This document shows, piece after piece, positions 55,157 through 64,000 of a DNA stretch of 64,000 nucleotides (positions are counted from its first letter, which is position 1; every line of letters starts with the position of its first letter). This DNA is from Alphaproteobacteria bacterium (GTDB taxonomy: Bacteria > Pseudomonadota > Alphaproteobacteria > GCA-2731375): contig CBDDPY010000002.1 of the NCBI GenBank assembly GCA_965232515.1, forward strand, positions 1,440,001-1,504,000, in the 5' to 3' direction. The notes beneath the pieces are model-generated. The model was not told the DNA's origin and searched no databases. It was given only the letters and a program-made list of their open reading frames with translations. A program made the position numbers and the translations under genes.

Positions 55157-56197
55157 TCAGCGATAGCGATGGGCCTGCGACCAGCGCTGCTCGAATTCGC
55201 GCTGGCTCGCCAGCACCTTCGCGAACCAGCCGCCTTCTTTGGCGGCGATCTCGTCGGCCCATTCAGCCGTCGCCTTGGCGGCGGCTGCCTTGAAGCCTTC
55301 GTCGACGTCGATCACCTCATTGCCGGATTCCAGATATTCCTGGAAGGCGTCGGCATCGTCGTTGCCAATCTGCATCCAGACATCCAACGTCATGTCCTTC
55401 GCCGCCATCTCGATCAGCATCTGCTGCCGTTCCGACATGCCGTCCCATACCGACGGGTTGAACTGGCATTCCTGGAACGCCGACGGCTGATGCAAGCCGG
55501 GCACGATCACGTATTTCGCCACCTTGGCGAAGCCGTGCGACTTGTTCATGGACGGCGTGCCCCACTCGATGCCGTCGACCACGCCGCGTTCCAGCGCCGG
55601 ATAGACTTCGGCGCCCGGCAGGATCACCGTGGATGCGCCGAGGCGGCTGGCGATCTCGGCCCAGGCGCCTGAGGTGCGCACCTTCATGCCCTGATAGTCG
55701 GCCAGCGACTTCACCGGCTTGCGCGAATGCATGAAAATCTCGCGCGGAATGGTGCCGCACGGCATGGCGACGACGCCGAACTTCTCCATGCGCCACTCGC
55801 GCCAGAGTTCCAGACCGCCACCCTTGTACATCCAGTGAATCATCTTCACCGTCTCCGGGCTGCCGGCAAAGCCGCCGAACAGCACGCCGGTCTTGTCGAT
55901 GCCCCAGTCGTAACCGGACCAGTTATGACTTGCTTCGGCGACGCGGTTGCGCACGGTCTCGGTCACCTTCAGAGCGCTGCCGAGCGTGCCCCCCGGGAAG
56001 ACCTCCAGTTTGATCTCGCCGTCGGTCAGGAACTCAACCTTCTCCGCGAAGCCCTTCGCCATCATGTTCAGCAATGGTCCGCCGCCCCAGGGTGTCGCCA
56101 TGCTGAGTTGCTCGGCCGCGGTGGCGCCACTCGCGGCCATCGCCACGCCAAGCCCAACACAGACGCTCCAGACCCGCCTCTTCGCTTTTTTGATCAT
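55157..56197 (-). CDS. TRAP transporter substrate-binding protein DctP (TakP/2-oxoacid-lactate-like)
   Basis: Signal peptide, TDGEIKLEVFPGG, GMKVRT and EVYPALERGVVDGIEW. Confidence 0.9.
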   Translation of the reverse strand: MIKKAKRRVWSVCVGLGVAMAASGATAAEQLSMATPWGGGPLLNMMAKGFAEKVEFLTDGEIKLEVFPGGTLGSALKVTETVRNRVAEASHNWSGYDWGIDKTGVLFGGFAGSPETVKMIHWMYKGGGLELWREWRMEKFGVVAMPCGTIPREIFMHSRKPVKSLADYQGMKVRTSGAWAEIASRLGASTVILPGAEVYPALERGVVDGIEWGTPSMNKSHGFAKVAKYVIVPGLHQPSAFQECQFNPSVWDGMSERQQMLIEMAAKDMTLDVWMQIGNDDADAFQEYLESGNEVIDVDEGFKAAAAKATAEWADEIAAKEGGWFAKVLASQREFEQRWSQAHRYR

Positions 56198-56423
56198 GTC
56201 TGCTCATCCCTGTTGTCAGGTTCCGCCGACACGGTGCTTTGGCCTTCGGCCGGTTCAGTTCAGTGCGGTCGGCGGAACGGTTAAGTCTTATCGGCCTTCG
56301 CAACGGCGCATGAATTATGCTGAAAACGGCGCGCTGCGATTTCGCAATGAACTGCCGGAGAAATTGAAACAGGATTATGCGCCGGCTTCAATGCAGCGCG
56401 CATATGGAAGGCCAGACAGCTCG

Positions 56424-57314
56424 CTACAGCTTCGCATCGCCGTAGAGCTTCATGATCGCGGTGACGTCGTCCTGACCGTGGCCGTGAGCGGCCAGCAAGC
56501 GGTGCAGTTCCGTCGCCGTCCCGGTGATCGGCAACGCCGTTCCAGTGGCCCGCGCCAGGTCCTGGACCGTATTCAGGTCCTTGATCATGGTGTCGATAAA
56601 GCTTGTCACCTCGAAGTCGCCGGCCGCCATGCGTGGCTGCATCGTCTGCATCAGCATGGAATCCGCCCGGCCGCCCGCGAGCGCCTCCGGCAGCCGGCGG
56701 GCATCGATCCCGGCATTCTGCGCGAGGCGCGTCGTCTCGGCCAGCAGCGCGAGCGTGCTGGCAACGATCGCCTGATTGATCAGCTTGGTCGCCTGACCGG
56801 CGCCGTTCGGCCCCATCAGCGTGAATCTCGCCGCCAGGTTCTCGAGCACCAGGGCGCGGACGGCATCGAAGTCCGCCGGTTCCCCGCCCGCCATGACGGT
56901 CAGCGTGCCACCCTCGGCCGCTGGCGGTCCGCCCGAAACGGGCGCGTCGATCCAGCCCATGCCGGTATCGGCGCGCAGCGTTGCCGCCATCTCTCGGGTT
57001 GCCTCGGGCTCGATGCTGGACATGTCGATCAGAATCCTGCCGGCGGCACCGCCGGACGCGATACCTTCGGCGCCGAACACGACGTCGCGTACGGCGGCCG
57101 TGTCGGAAACACAGAGGAACACCACGTCGCAGTCGGCCGCCATTGCCGCCGGCGATGCGGTGACGACGGCGCCCGCGGCCGTGAACGGCTCGAGCCGCGC
57201 CGCCGTACGGCCCCAAACGCGGACCGGATGGCCGGCGCGCAACAGACGCTGCGCCATCGGACCGCCCATGAAACCGAGACCGATATAGCCGATGTCAGGC
57301 CTGTCGTTCGCCAT
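56424..57314 (-). CDS. NAD(P)-dependent beta-hydroxyacid dehydrogenase (3-hydroxyisobutyrate dehydrogenase/tartronate semialdehyde reductase family)
   Basis: GYIGLGFMG, DAPVSGG, catalytic Lys in ATKLINQ, and KDL. Confidence 0.9.
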   Translation of the reverse strand: MANDRPDIGYIGLGFMGGPMAQRLLRAGHPVRVWGRTAARLEPFTAAGAVVTASPAAMAADCDVVFLCVSDTAAVRDVVFGAEGIASGGAAGRILIDMSSIEPEATREMAATLRADTGMGWIDAPVSGGPPAAEGGTLTVMAGGEPADFDAVRALVLENLAARFTLMGPNGAGQATKLINQAIVASTLALLAETTRLAQNAGIDARRLPEALAGGRADSMLMQTMQPRMAAGDFEVTSFIDTMIKDLNTVQDLARATGTALPITGTATELHRLLAAHGHGQDDVTAIMKLYGDAKL

Positions 57315-57453
57315 GCTTCCCCGCTTGCGTTACAGTCATGCCCCATGGGCACTATAGCGAAAGTGCCCGGCCGGTGGCCGGCTTGATGCGGATCAAGGAC
57401 GGCAGCGCCCGGCCGGCGCCATCTCTTGGCGGCGAAATCGAGGGAACGCTGAT

Positions 57454-58611
57454 ATGCGCATTGGGGTCCTGACAGGCGGCGGCGACGTGCCGGGCCTGAA
57501 CGTCTGCATTAAGGCAATCGTGAAATCGGCGGCGGATCTCGGCTGGCAGGTCGTCGGCTTCCGCCGCGGCTGGTCGGGTCCGCTGAACAGCAATCCGGAT
57601 ACCGACGCGCCGCAGGGCGAATGGATTCAGGCGCTCAGCGAAGAAGACGTACGGGCCATTGACCGCGAGGGCGGCACCTTCCTGCATACGTCGCGCACCA
57701 ATCCCGGCAAGGTGCGTCCCGACGGCGTGCCAGGCTTTCTCGCCGGACGCTTCCCGATCGACGAAGCCAGGGGGCTCGTGGACTGCACGCCGCATATCCT
57801 GAGCTTGCTGGAGCGGCTGCGCATCGACGCAATCCTGCCGATCGGCGGCGACGACACGCTGTCCTATGCGGCGCGGCTGTCGTCCGAGGGCGTGCCGGTC
57901 GTGGCGATCCCGAAGACCATGGACAACGACGTTTTCGGCACGGACTACTGCATCGGCTTCTCGACCGCCGTCACGCGGTCGATCGATTCAATCCATGCGC
58001 TCCGCACGACCACCGGCAGTCACGAGCGCATCGCCGTCGTCGAGTTGTTCGGCCGCAACAGCGGCGAGACCGCCTTGCTGTCCGGCTACCTGTCGGACGC
58101 CGACCGCGTGGTCATCAGCGAGGTCCCCTGCGAGGCCGAGAAGCTGGCCGACATGCTGATGCAGGACCGCAGCGCCAATCCGAGCCGCTACGCCATGCTC
58201 GTCGTCTCGGAGGGCGCGCGGCTGATCGGCGGCGATGTGATCGAACGCGGCGAAGCCGACGCCTATGGGCACCGCAAGCTTGGCGGCATTGGCCAGATCC
58301 TGGGCGAACGGTTGAAGGAACTGACCGGCGTCGGCATCGTCGGACAGCAGCTCGCCTATCTCATGCGCTCGGGCCCGCCCGACAGCCTCGACCGCATGGT
58401 TGCCGCCTCGTTCGGCCACATGGCCGTACAGCAGGCCGAAGCGCGCCAGTTCGGCGTCATGGTGGCGATGCAGGACGGCAACTATACGACCGTGCCAGTC
58501 GACTCATGCCTCTCGGGGCCAAAGCATGTCGACGTCGACGCGTTTTATGACACGGAGAATTATCGGCCCAAGGTCCCGGATATGACCGGCAAGCCGATGT
58601 TCCTCTACTGA
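57454..58611 (+). CDS. PfkA-family 6-phosphofructokinase with PPi-type signature
   Basis: [38 protein letters not shown] and LAYLMRSG. Confidence 0.9.
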   Translation: MRIGVLTGGGDVPGLNVCIKAIVKSAADLGWQVVGFRRGWSGPLNSNPDTDAPQGEWIQALSEEDVRAIDREGGTFLHTSRTNPGKVRPDGVPGFLAGRFPIDEARGLVDCTPHILSLLERLRIDAILPIGGDDTLSYAARLSSEGVPVVAIPKTMDNDVFGTDYCIGFSTAVTRSIDSIHALRTTTGSHERIAVVELFGRNSGETALLSGYLSDADRVVISEVPCEAEKLADMLMQDRSANPSRYAMLVVSEGARLIGGDVIERGEADAYGHRKLGGIGQILGERLKELTGVGIVGQQLAYLMRSGPPDSLDRMVAASFGHMAVQQAEARQFGVMVAMQDGNYTTVPVDSCLSGPKHVDVDAFYDTENYRPKVPDMTGKPMFLY

Positions 58612-58829
58612 TTGCCCGCGTCGTCGAACGGTTCGCGGGTGATCCGGTCGCCCTTGCGATAGGTCAGGATCACCAGCAGCACCGCGGCAGCGGCCAATGC
58701 CAGCACGGCGAACATGAACGGCACGAAGGACTGCACATGCAGCTTCATGCTGCCCAGCAGATAGAGCGCCACAGCGATCACGATCCAGATCAGCCAATGC
58801 AGCGGCTTGCCGATGAAGATCTCCTTCAT
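58605..58829 (-). CDS. Small two-TM membrane protein coupled to the TRAP permease
   Basis: Two hydrophobic helices; ATGA overlap with the permease stop. Confidence 0.75.
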   Translation of the reverse strand: MKEIFIGKPLHWLIWIVIAVALYLLGSMKLHVQSFVPFMFAVLALAAAAVLLVILTYRKGDRITREPFDDAGNQ

Positions 58830-60850
58830 GGCAGCGCCCCCCGCTCCTGTCCGCTGATGTCGGACGTCATCCGCCGCCGCGACAAATAGAATCCGCCCAT
58901 CACGACGGCGCCGGCCAGCACGAAGACATGGCCCGGAATGCCGAAGGGGCTGAGCTGTGGCGGCACGAACATCAACACGGTGACGCCGAACATCAGCGCC
59001 CGGCCCAGGGCGCCGACCGGACCGCGGTACCAGCCCTCCAGCGCCACCGAGAGCGCCCAGACTCCGATCAGCACGGCGACCGTCGAATAGAGCGTCAGCC
59101 AGAGCGGCCCCTCGAACACCAGGCTCGGGTTATAGACGAAGGCGAACGGCACGATGTATTTCGCGATGCCGATGCGGGCCGACTCGACGGCCGTTTCCAT
59201 CGGCCGGCTGCCGGCGATGGCGGCGGCCGCGAACGAAGCCAGCGCCACCGGCGGCGTGATGGTCGAGACCACGCCGAAATAGAACGCGAACAGGTGCGCC
59301 GAGATCGGCACCACGCCGATCTCGATCAGCGCCGGCACGATGAGCGCCGCGACCGTGATGTAGACGGCCGTCGTCGTCATGCCCATGCCCAGGATGATGC
59401 CCGCGATCGCGGTCAGCACCAGCAGCACGAACAGATGACCGCCGGCGAGATCGATCGCCGAGTTCGTGAACTTCAATCCGAGCCCGGACGTGAAGACCGA
59501 ACCGATGATGATGCCGGCGCAGGCGCAGGCCACCGTCACCGGCACGGTGGCGCGCACGCCCGACTCGAGCGCCGCCAGCAGGTCGGCGGCGCTCATCCGC
59601 GTGCCCTTGTTGACGAACGACAGCGCCACGAGCGTCAGGATGCTCCAGAACGCCGACAGCATCGGCGTGTAGCCGACACCAAGCAGGCCGATCAGTACGG
59701 CGAGCGACAACAGCAGGTGCCAGCCGCCGGCCAGCACTTCGAAGAAGGCCGGCAGGCGCGATTTTTCGATCTTCTCGATGCCGTACTTCTCGGCCTCGAA
59801 ATGCACCATGAAGTAGATCGTCACGAAATAGAGGAAGGTCGGAATGACCGCGGCGACGATCACCCAGAGATAGCTGACCTGCAGGAACTCGGCGATGATG
59901 AAGGCCGCCGCGCCCATGATCGGCGGCGTGATCTGGCCGCCCGACGACGCGCAGGCCTCGACCGCGCCGGCGAATTTCGGTCGATAGCCCAGTCGCCGCA
60001 TCAGCGGAATCGTAAACGATCCCGTCGTCACCACGTTGGCGACGGCCGAGCCCGATACCGTGCCCATGAAGGCGCTCGCCACCACGGATGCCTTCGCCGG
60101 CCCGCCGGCCCGGTGACCGGTCAACGAGATCGCCAGATCGATGAAGAAGCGGCCGGCGCCCGAGCGCAGCAGGATCGCGCCGAACAGGATGAACAGCAGG
60201 ATGTAGGTCGAGGCGACGAAGATCGGAATGCCGTAGATGCCTTCCGAACGCAGGAAGATCAGGTCGATGTATTTCACGAACGACGTCGGCGGCCCATAGA
60301 GGATGCCGAAGAAATGCGGGCTGTAGAGCGCGTGCGTGATGAAAAAGGCCGCCACCAGCACCATGGCCATGCCGACCGTCCGCCGCGTCGCCTCCAGCAC
60401 CAGCAGGATCATCGCCGTGCCGACATAGACGTCCGACGGCGCCAGATCGCCCTGGCGCATGTGGAAGGCCTGGATGTCGTAGAGGGTGTAGATCTGTACG
60501 AACAGGCCGACGCCGATCAGGCCCATGTCGACGATGAAGCCGAGCACCCGCTTGGCATTGCCGACGCCGTCCGCGCGCAACAGCGGCTCGTGCATGCTGG
60601 CCCGGAACAGCGGGTTCAGCAGGACGGCCAGCACCAGCATCACCGTCAGGTGCGTGCCCCGGAAGGCGCGTGTCTCCGGCGTGCCGAAAGCGGCGACATA
60701 GAGGTGAAACAGCGCCAGCGCGACGCTCAGGATCGACGCCGTGATCGCAAGCGCGCGCGCCAGGTTCATGCGCTCGTCGCGCAGCACCGTTTCGAGCAGC
60801 GAGAAGTTCTTGACCTCTTGATACTCGATACGGTCGGCGGTGCCAGCCAT
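58826..60850 (-). CDS. TRAP transporter 4TM/12TM fused permease (TAXI type)
   Basis: LEATRR, GGPAK, GSAVANV, EACASSGGQITPPIMGAAAF and TPPVALA. Confidence 0.93.
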   Translation of the reverse strand: MAGTADRIEYQEVKNFSLLETVLRDERMNLARALAITASILSVALALFHLYVAAFGTPETRAFRGTHLTVMLVLAVLLNPLFRASMHEPLLRADGVGNAKRVLGFIVDMGLIGVGLFVQIYTLYDIQAFHMRQGDLAPSDVYVGTAMILLVLEATRRTVGMAMVLVAAFFITHALYSPHFFGILYGPPTSFVKYIDLIFLRSEGIYGIPIFVASTYILLFILFGAILLRSGAGRFFIDLAISLTGHRAGGPAKASVVASAFMGTVSGSAVANVVTTGSFTIPLMRRLGYRPKFAGAVEACASSGGQITPPIMGAAAFIIAEFLQVSYLWVIVAAVIPTFLYFVTIYFMVHFEAEKYGIEKIEKSRLPAFFEVLAGGWHLLLSLAVLIGLLGVGYTPMLSAFWSILTLVALSFVNKGTRMSAADLLAALESGVRATVPVTVACACAGIIIGSVFTSGLGLKFTNSAIDLAGGHLFVLLVLTAIAGIILGMGMTTTAVYITVAALIVPALIEIGVVPISAHLFAFYFGVVSTITPPVALASFAAAAIAGSRPMETAVESARIGIAKYIVPFAFVYNPSLVFEGPLWLTLYSTVAVLIGVWALSVALEGWYRGPVGALGRALMFGVTVLMFVPPQLSPFGIPGHVFVLAGAVVMGGFYLSRRRMTSDISGQERGALP

Positions 60851-60887
60851 GGTTCGCCGCCCCGTTTTACTCAATCTAGAAAGAACG

Positions 60888-60923
60888 GCGTCGGCGCGTC
60901 CGGATCAACCGGCGCGCCGACGC
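60888..60923 (-). terminator. Intercistronic stem-loop between the TAXI binding protein and permease genes
   Basis: GCGTCGGCGCG(T)CCGG-N5-CCGGCGCGCCGACGC, followed by CGTTCTTTCT on the minus strand. Confidence 0.65.
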
Positions 60924-60931
60924 ATAAACGA

Positions 60932-61894
60932 CTATTTCTTCTTGATGCCCTGCTCGTCGTAGTAGCGCTGGGCGCCCGGATGAATGGGCACCGCGGCGCC
61001 AAGCAGCGCGTTCTCCAGCTTAACGTCGTTCCAGACCTTCTTCACCTTGACGAATTCGCCATGGTTGTCCCAGAGCGTCTTGGTGATGTTGTAGACGATC
61101 TCCTCAGGCACGTCCTTGTTGACGACCAGGATCGTCACGACGCCCAAGGTCGGCACGTCGGCGTCCATGTTCTCGTACGCCGTGGTCGGGATCACCGTCT
61201 TGATATAGCCGGGATTGTCCGACATGAACTTCGACATGACATCGGGCTCGACGCCGAGGAAACGCACGCCCGGATTGAAGTTCAGGTCGATCAGCGAAGC
61301 CTGCGGCACGCTGGTCATGGCCATGAAGGCATCGATGTGACCGTCCTTCATCAGGCCGACGGAGTCGCTGTAGGACACGTGGTGCACCGTGCCACCGGCC
61401 TTCTTGATGCCATCCATGCTGATGTCGTAGTAGCTCAGCAGCAGCTCGGCCGCCGCATAACCCGACCACTTCGCCAGCCCGGGGCTGATGTTCTTGTTCT
61501 TCAGATCGGCATAGGACTTGATTTCGGAATCGCGCGGCACCGCGGTCTGGAAGGCGCCGGGATAAAGCGTCGCCAGGTGCCGGATGTTCTCCTGCGCCTT
61601 GTTGAACTTACCCTGCCCCTTGAAGCCGTTGTAGGACGTATGCGCGTAGCTCCAGCCGATCTCGGCCTCACGCTTGTTGACGTCCAACAGGTTGCCGACG
61701 CCGCCGCCCGGACCGTTCGACGTGGCGATGCCGGCCACTTCTTTGCCGAGCACCTCCGAAATCTTGGCGCCGAGCGGATACCAGCTGCCGCCGGCAGGTC
61801 CCGATACCATGCGAATGAATTCGTCGGCATTGGCAGTTGTCGCCGCCAATGCAAGCGATGCTGCCAGAATCGCTGATTTTCCGAATTGACGCAT
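60932..61894 (-). CDS. TAXI family TRAP substrate-binding protein
   Basis: Signal ANA|D, SGPAGGSWYPLG, MKDGHIDA and PIHPGAQRYY. Confidence 0.93.
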   Translation of the reverse strand: MRQFGKSAILAASLALAATTANADEFIRMVSGPAGGSWYPLGAKISEVLGKEVAGIATSNGPGGGVGNLLDVNKREAEIGWSYAHTSYNGFKGQGKFNKAQENIRHLATLYPGAFQTAVPRDSEIKSYADLKNKNISPGLAKWSGYAAAELLLSYYDISMDGIKKAGGTVHHVSYSDSVGLMKDGHIDAFMAMTSVPQASLIDLNFNPGVRFLGVEPDVMSKFMSDNPGYIKTVIPTTAYENMDADVPTLGVVTILVVNKDVPEEIVYNITKTLWDNHGEFVKVKKVWNDVKLENALLGAAVPIHPGAQRYYDEQGIKKK

Positions 61895-62087
61895 CTGTCT
61901 CCCTTTCAACATTTTGCCGCCGGCCTCGCACCGGGGCGCCTTTGATACTGACTATCCGCCGCCGAAGTTATCGACATGCGAAACGGCGGCGCCGCAACAA
62001 TGCCGCACCGCCCTCAAGGCCGAATGCTGCCGCGACAGCGCGCCCGATGCAAGCGTTTAGCCCGGAACTTCGGAGGAATTTGAGAGT

Positions 62088-62165
62088 TGGGGCGAGTGAT
62101 GGGATTTGAACCCACGACCCCCTGGACCACAACCAGGTGCTCTAACCAACTGAGCTACACCCGCC
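62088..62165 (-). tRNA. tRNA-His (GTG) with encoded G-1
   Basis: G-GCGGGTG acceptor stem pairing with CACTCGC-C-CCA; anticodon arm CCTGG-TTGTGGT-CCAGG. Confidence 0.97.
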
Positions 62166-62215
62166 ACCTGAAACCTGTCTCTACTGCCAAGCCCTAGGCG
62201 GCGTCAAGCGACGCG

Positions 62216-62656
62216 TCAGGCCGGCAGGGTCGCGCCCGCCGCATGGTGACCCGCCAGCGCCCGGATGCGCTTGACCATGGCATAGAGGCCGTTGCTTCGG
62301 CTCGGGCTGAGCGCCTGCTCCAGGCCGAGCCGGTCGAGGATGCCGCGGATGTCGGCGGCCAGGATCTCCTCGGCCGTCCGGTCCTGATAGACCATCATCA
62401 AAACCGCCACCAAGCCCTTGACGATAAAGGCATCGCTGTCGGCGGCGAAATGAATGCGCGGCGGCGTCTCGTCGCTCACATCGCTGCGCAGCCAGACCTG
62501 ACTGACGCAGCCATGCACGCGGTTCGCCTCCGTCTTGTCGGCCTCGGCCATGGCCGGCAGCGCCCGGCCCAAGTCGATGATGTAGCGGTAGCGGTCTTCC
62601 CACTGATCGAGCAGCTCGAAGTTCTCGATCAGCTCATCGACGCTCAACTCCGACAT
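62216..62656 (-). CDS. sufE: SufE family Fe-S cluster sulfur acceptor
   Basis: WEDRYRYIIDLG, VHGCVSQVW, DSDAFIVKGL and LSPSRSNGL. Confidence 0.93.
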   Translation of the reverse strand: MSELSVDELIENFELLDQWEDRYRYIIDLGRALPAMAEADKTEANRVHGCVSQVWLRSDVSDETPPRIHFAADSDAFIVKGLVAVLMMVYQDRTAEEILAADIRGILDRLGLEQALSPSRSNGLYAMVKRIRALAGHHAAGATLPA

Positions 62657-62669
62657 GCGCCGCCTAACC

Positions 62670-63836
62670 TCAGCCCGACTTGCCGAAATGATCCGCCAGC
62701 CGGTCGGCCGCCCCCGACAGGACCTCGTGGCGCTTGCAGAAGCAGAAGCGGATCAAGTGGTCGACCGGCGCCTCGGCGTAGAGGGCGCTCACCGGCACCG
62801 CGGTGACGCCGGCCTCGATGGTGATATGCCGGCAGAAGTCGACGTCGGTGCCGTTAAACCCGAGCGGTCGGAAATCGGCGTTCATGAAATAGGTCGAGTC
62901 GCAGTCCATGACGTCGAAACCGATGTCGGTCAGCCGGCCAGAGAGGTAATCGCGCTTCGCCTGAAGCTCGCCGGCAAGGCCCGTATACCAGTCGACCTCA
63001 TTGTCGAGCCCGTAGGCCACGGCCCGCTGCAGGTTCGCGGGCGTCGTGAAGACCAGGAACTGATGTGCCTTGGCGATCACGCCCAGCAAAGCCGGCGCCG
63101 CCGTGACGTAACCGACCTTCCAGGATGTCATCGAGAAGGTCTTGCCGGCCGAGCCGATGCGCACGCAGCGTTCGCGCATGCCGGGCAGCGTGATCAGCGG
63201 AATATGCTGCCGGCCGTCGAAGATCAGATGTTCGTAGACCTCGTCGCAGATCGCATAGGCGTCGTGCTTTTCCAGCAGCCCGGCCATGAAGCTGAGCTCG
63301 TCGGCCGTGAACACCTTGCCCGTCGGGTTGTTCGGGCTGTTCATCAGCACGAACTTGGTCTTGTCCGAAAAGGCGGCGGTCAGCGCCTCGCGCGGCAAGG
63401 CCCAGTCCGGCGGCGACAGCGGCACCACCTTGGCCACGGCGCCGGCGCGCTGGACCATCGGCAGATAGGAGTCGTAGAGCGGCTCGAACAGCACCACCTC
63501 GTCGCCCGGCTCGACCAGCGCGAGGATGCTGGCGGCCAGCGCCTCGGTCGCGCCCGAGGTCACCATGACCTCGGTCTGCCAGTCGACCTCCAGGCCGTAG
63601 AACCGCTTGTTATGGGCGGCGACCGCCTGACGCAGCTCCGGGATTCCCATCATCGGCGGATACTGGTTTGGGAATTCCCGCGTCGCGGTGTCGACCATGC
63701 GCTTGACGGAATCGGGCCCCTCCTCGTCCGGAAAGCCCTGGCCCAGATTGATGGTCTTGTGCTCGATCGCCAGCCGCGACATGACCTCGAAAACGGTCGT
63801 GCCGAAGCCCGAAAGAACGGTGTTCGCCGGCTTCAT
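62670..63836 (-). CDS. PLP-dependent class I aminotransferase (YbdL/MtnE-like)
   Basis: INLGQGFPD, NSPNNPTG, DEVYE, SAGKTFS.T.WKVG and RFCFCK; GGAGG RBS 6 nt upstream. Confidence 0.92.
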   Translation of the reverse strand: MKPANTVLSGFGTTVFEVMSRLAIEHKTINLGQGFPDEEGPDSVKRMVDTATREFPNQYPPMMGIPELRQAVAAHNKRFYGLEVDWQTEVMVTSGATEALAASILALVEPGDEVVLFEPLYDSYLPMVQRAGAVAKVVPLSPPDWALPREALTAAFSDKTKFVLMNSPNNPTGKVFTADELSFMAGLLEKHDAYAICDEVYEHLIFDGRQHIPLITLPGMRERCVRIGSAGKTFSMTSWKVGYVTAAPALLGVIAKAHQFLVFTTPANLQRAVAYGLDNEVDWYTGLAGELQAKRDYLSGRLTDIGFDVMDCDSTYFMNADFRPLGFNGTDVDFCRHITIEAGVTAVPVSALYAEAPVDHLIRFCFCKRHEVLSGAADRLADHFGKSG

Positions 63837-64000
63837 CGCCACCCTCCAAATCGGCGGCGGATACTCTCAGATGGCGCTCTGGCGCGCAAGCCGTGGCGAT
63901 GATGTAAGATCGGCGGCTCTTGGACCTGCCAGCCGGATCTCCGATACATGCCTCAAGACGCTCGTTCCGAACTCGCACCGCACGGCAAACTCCGCGCCGG

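Noticed and set aside
56424-58611. Sulfoglycolysis (YihU-like reductase plus PfkA-type sulfofructose kinase)
   Set aside because: The dehydrogenase has DAPVSGG rather than the sulfonate-binding GRT motif of YihU; no sulfoquinovosidase, isomerase or aldolase is nearby.
45499-62087. Genomic island bounded by tRNA-Leu and tRNA-His
   Set aside because: No integrase, transposase, flanking repeat or obvious compositional shift; it includes the housekeeping gene nnr.

Overview
GC-rich alphaproteobacterial chromosome segment, probably Rhodospirillales-like judging by gene order and a tRNA-His that still encodes G-1:C73. Almost all genes are on the minus strand. Bases 1-45406 are conserved core. In coordinate order they are fabZ (partial), lpxD, skp, bamA, rseP, dxr, cdsA, uppS, frr, pyrH, tsf, rpsB, dnaE, lolD, lolC/E, proS, a secreted hypothetical, DUF1467, mce, rnj, coaX, birA, the complete 14-gene nuoN-nuoA complex I operon, tRNA-Asp, tRNA-Val, HU, lon, clpX, clpP, tig and tRNA-Leu. 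Bases 45499-64000 are more accessory. They encode an AceE-like ThDP enzyme, malonyl-CoA decarboxylase, nnr, an amidase, a Sel1 protein, a small lipoprotein, an SDR epimerase, an orphan DctP, a beta-hydroxyacid dehydrogenase, a PfkA-family kinase with a PPi-type signature, a TAXI-TRAP transporter, tRNA-His, sufE and an aminotransferase. I saw no integrase, transposase, CRISPR array or defence system. The best non-obvious signals are (i) an unannotated MmgR/suhB (alpha-r8)-like small RNA near 19160-19249 with a PhaR/AniA-type box inside its promoter, (ii) an orphan Rap1a/Tai-like immunity-fold gene between tRNA-Val and tRNA-Asp, and (iii) a transport/catabolic cluster of unknown substrate around an atypical PPi-type PFK. 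I cannot claim a demonstrably new system. All family assignments come from motif recognition by eye, not from database searches.
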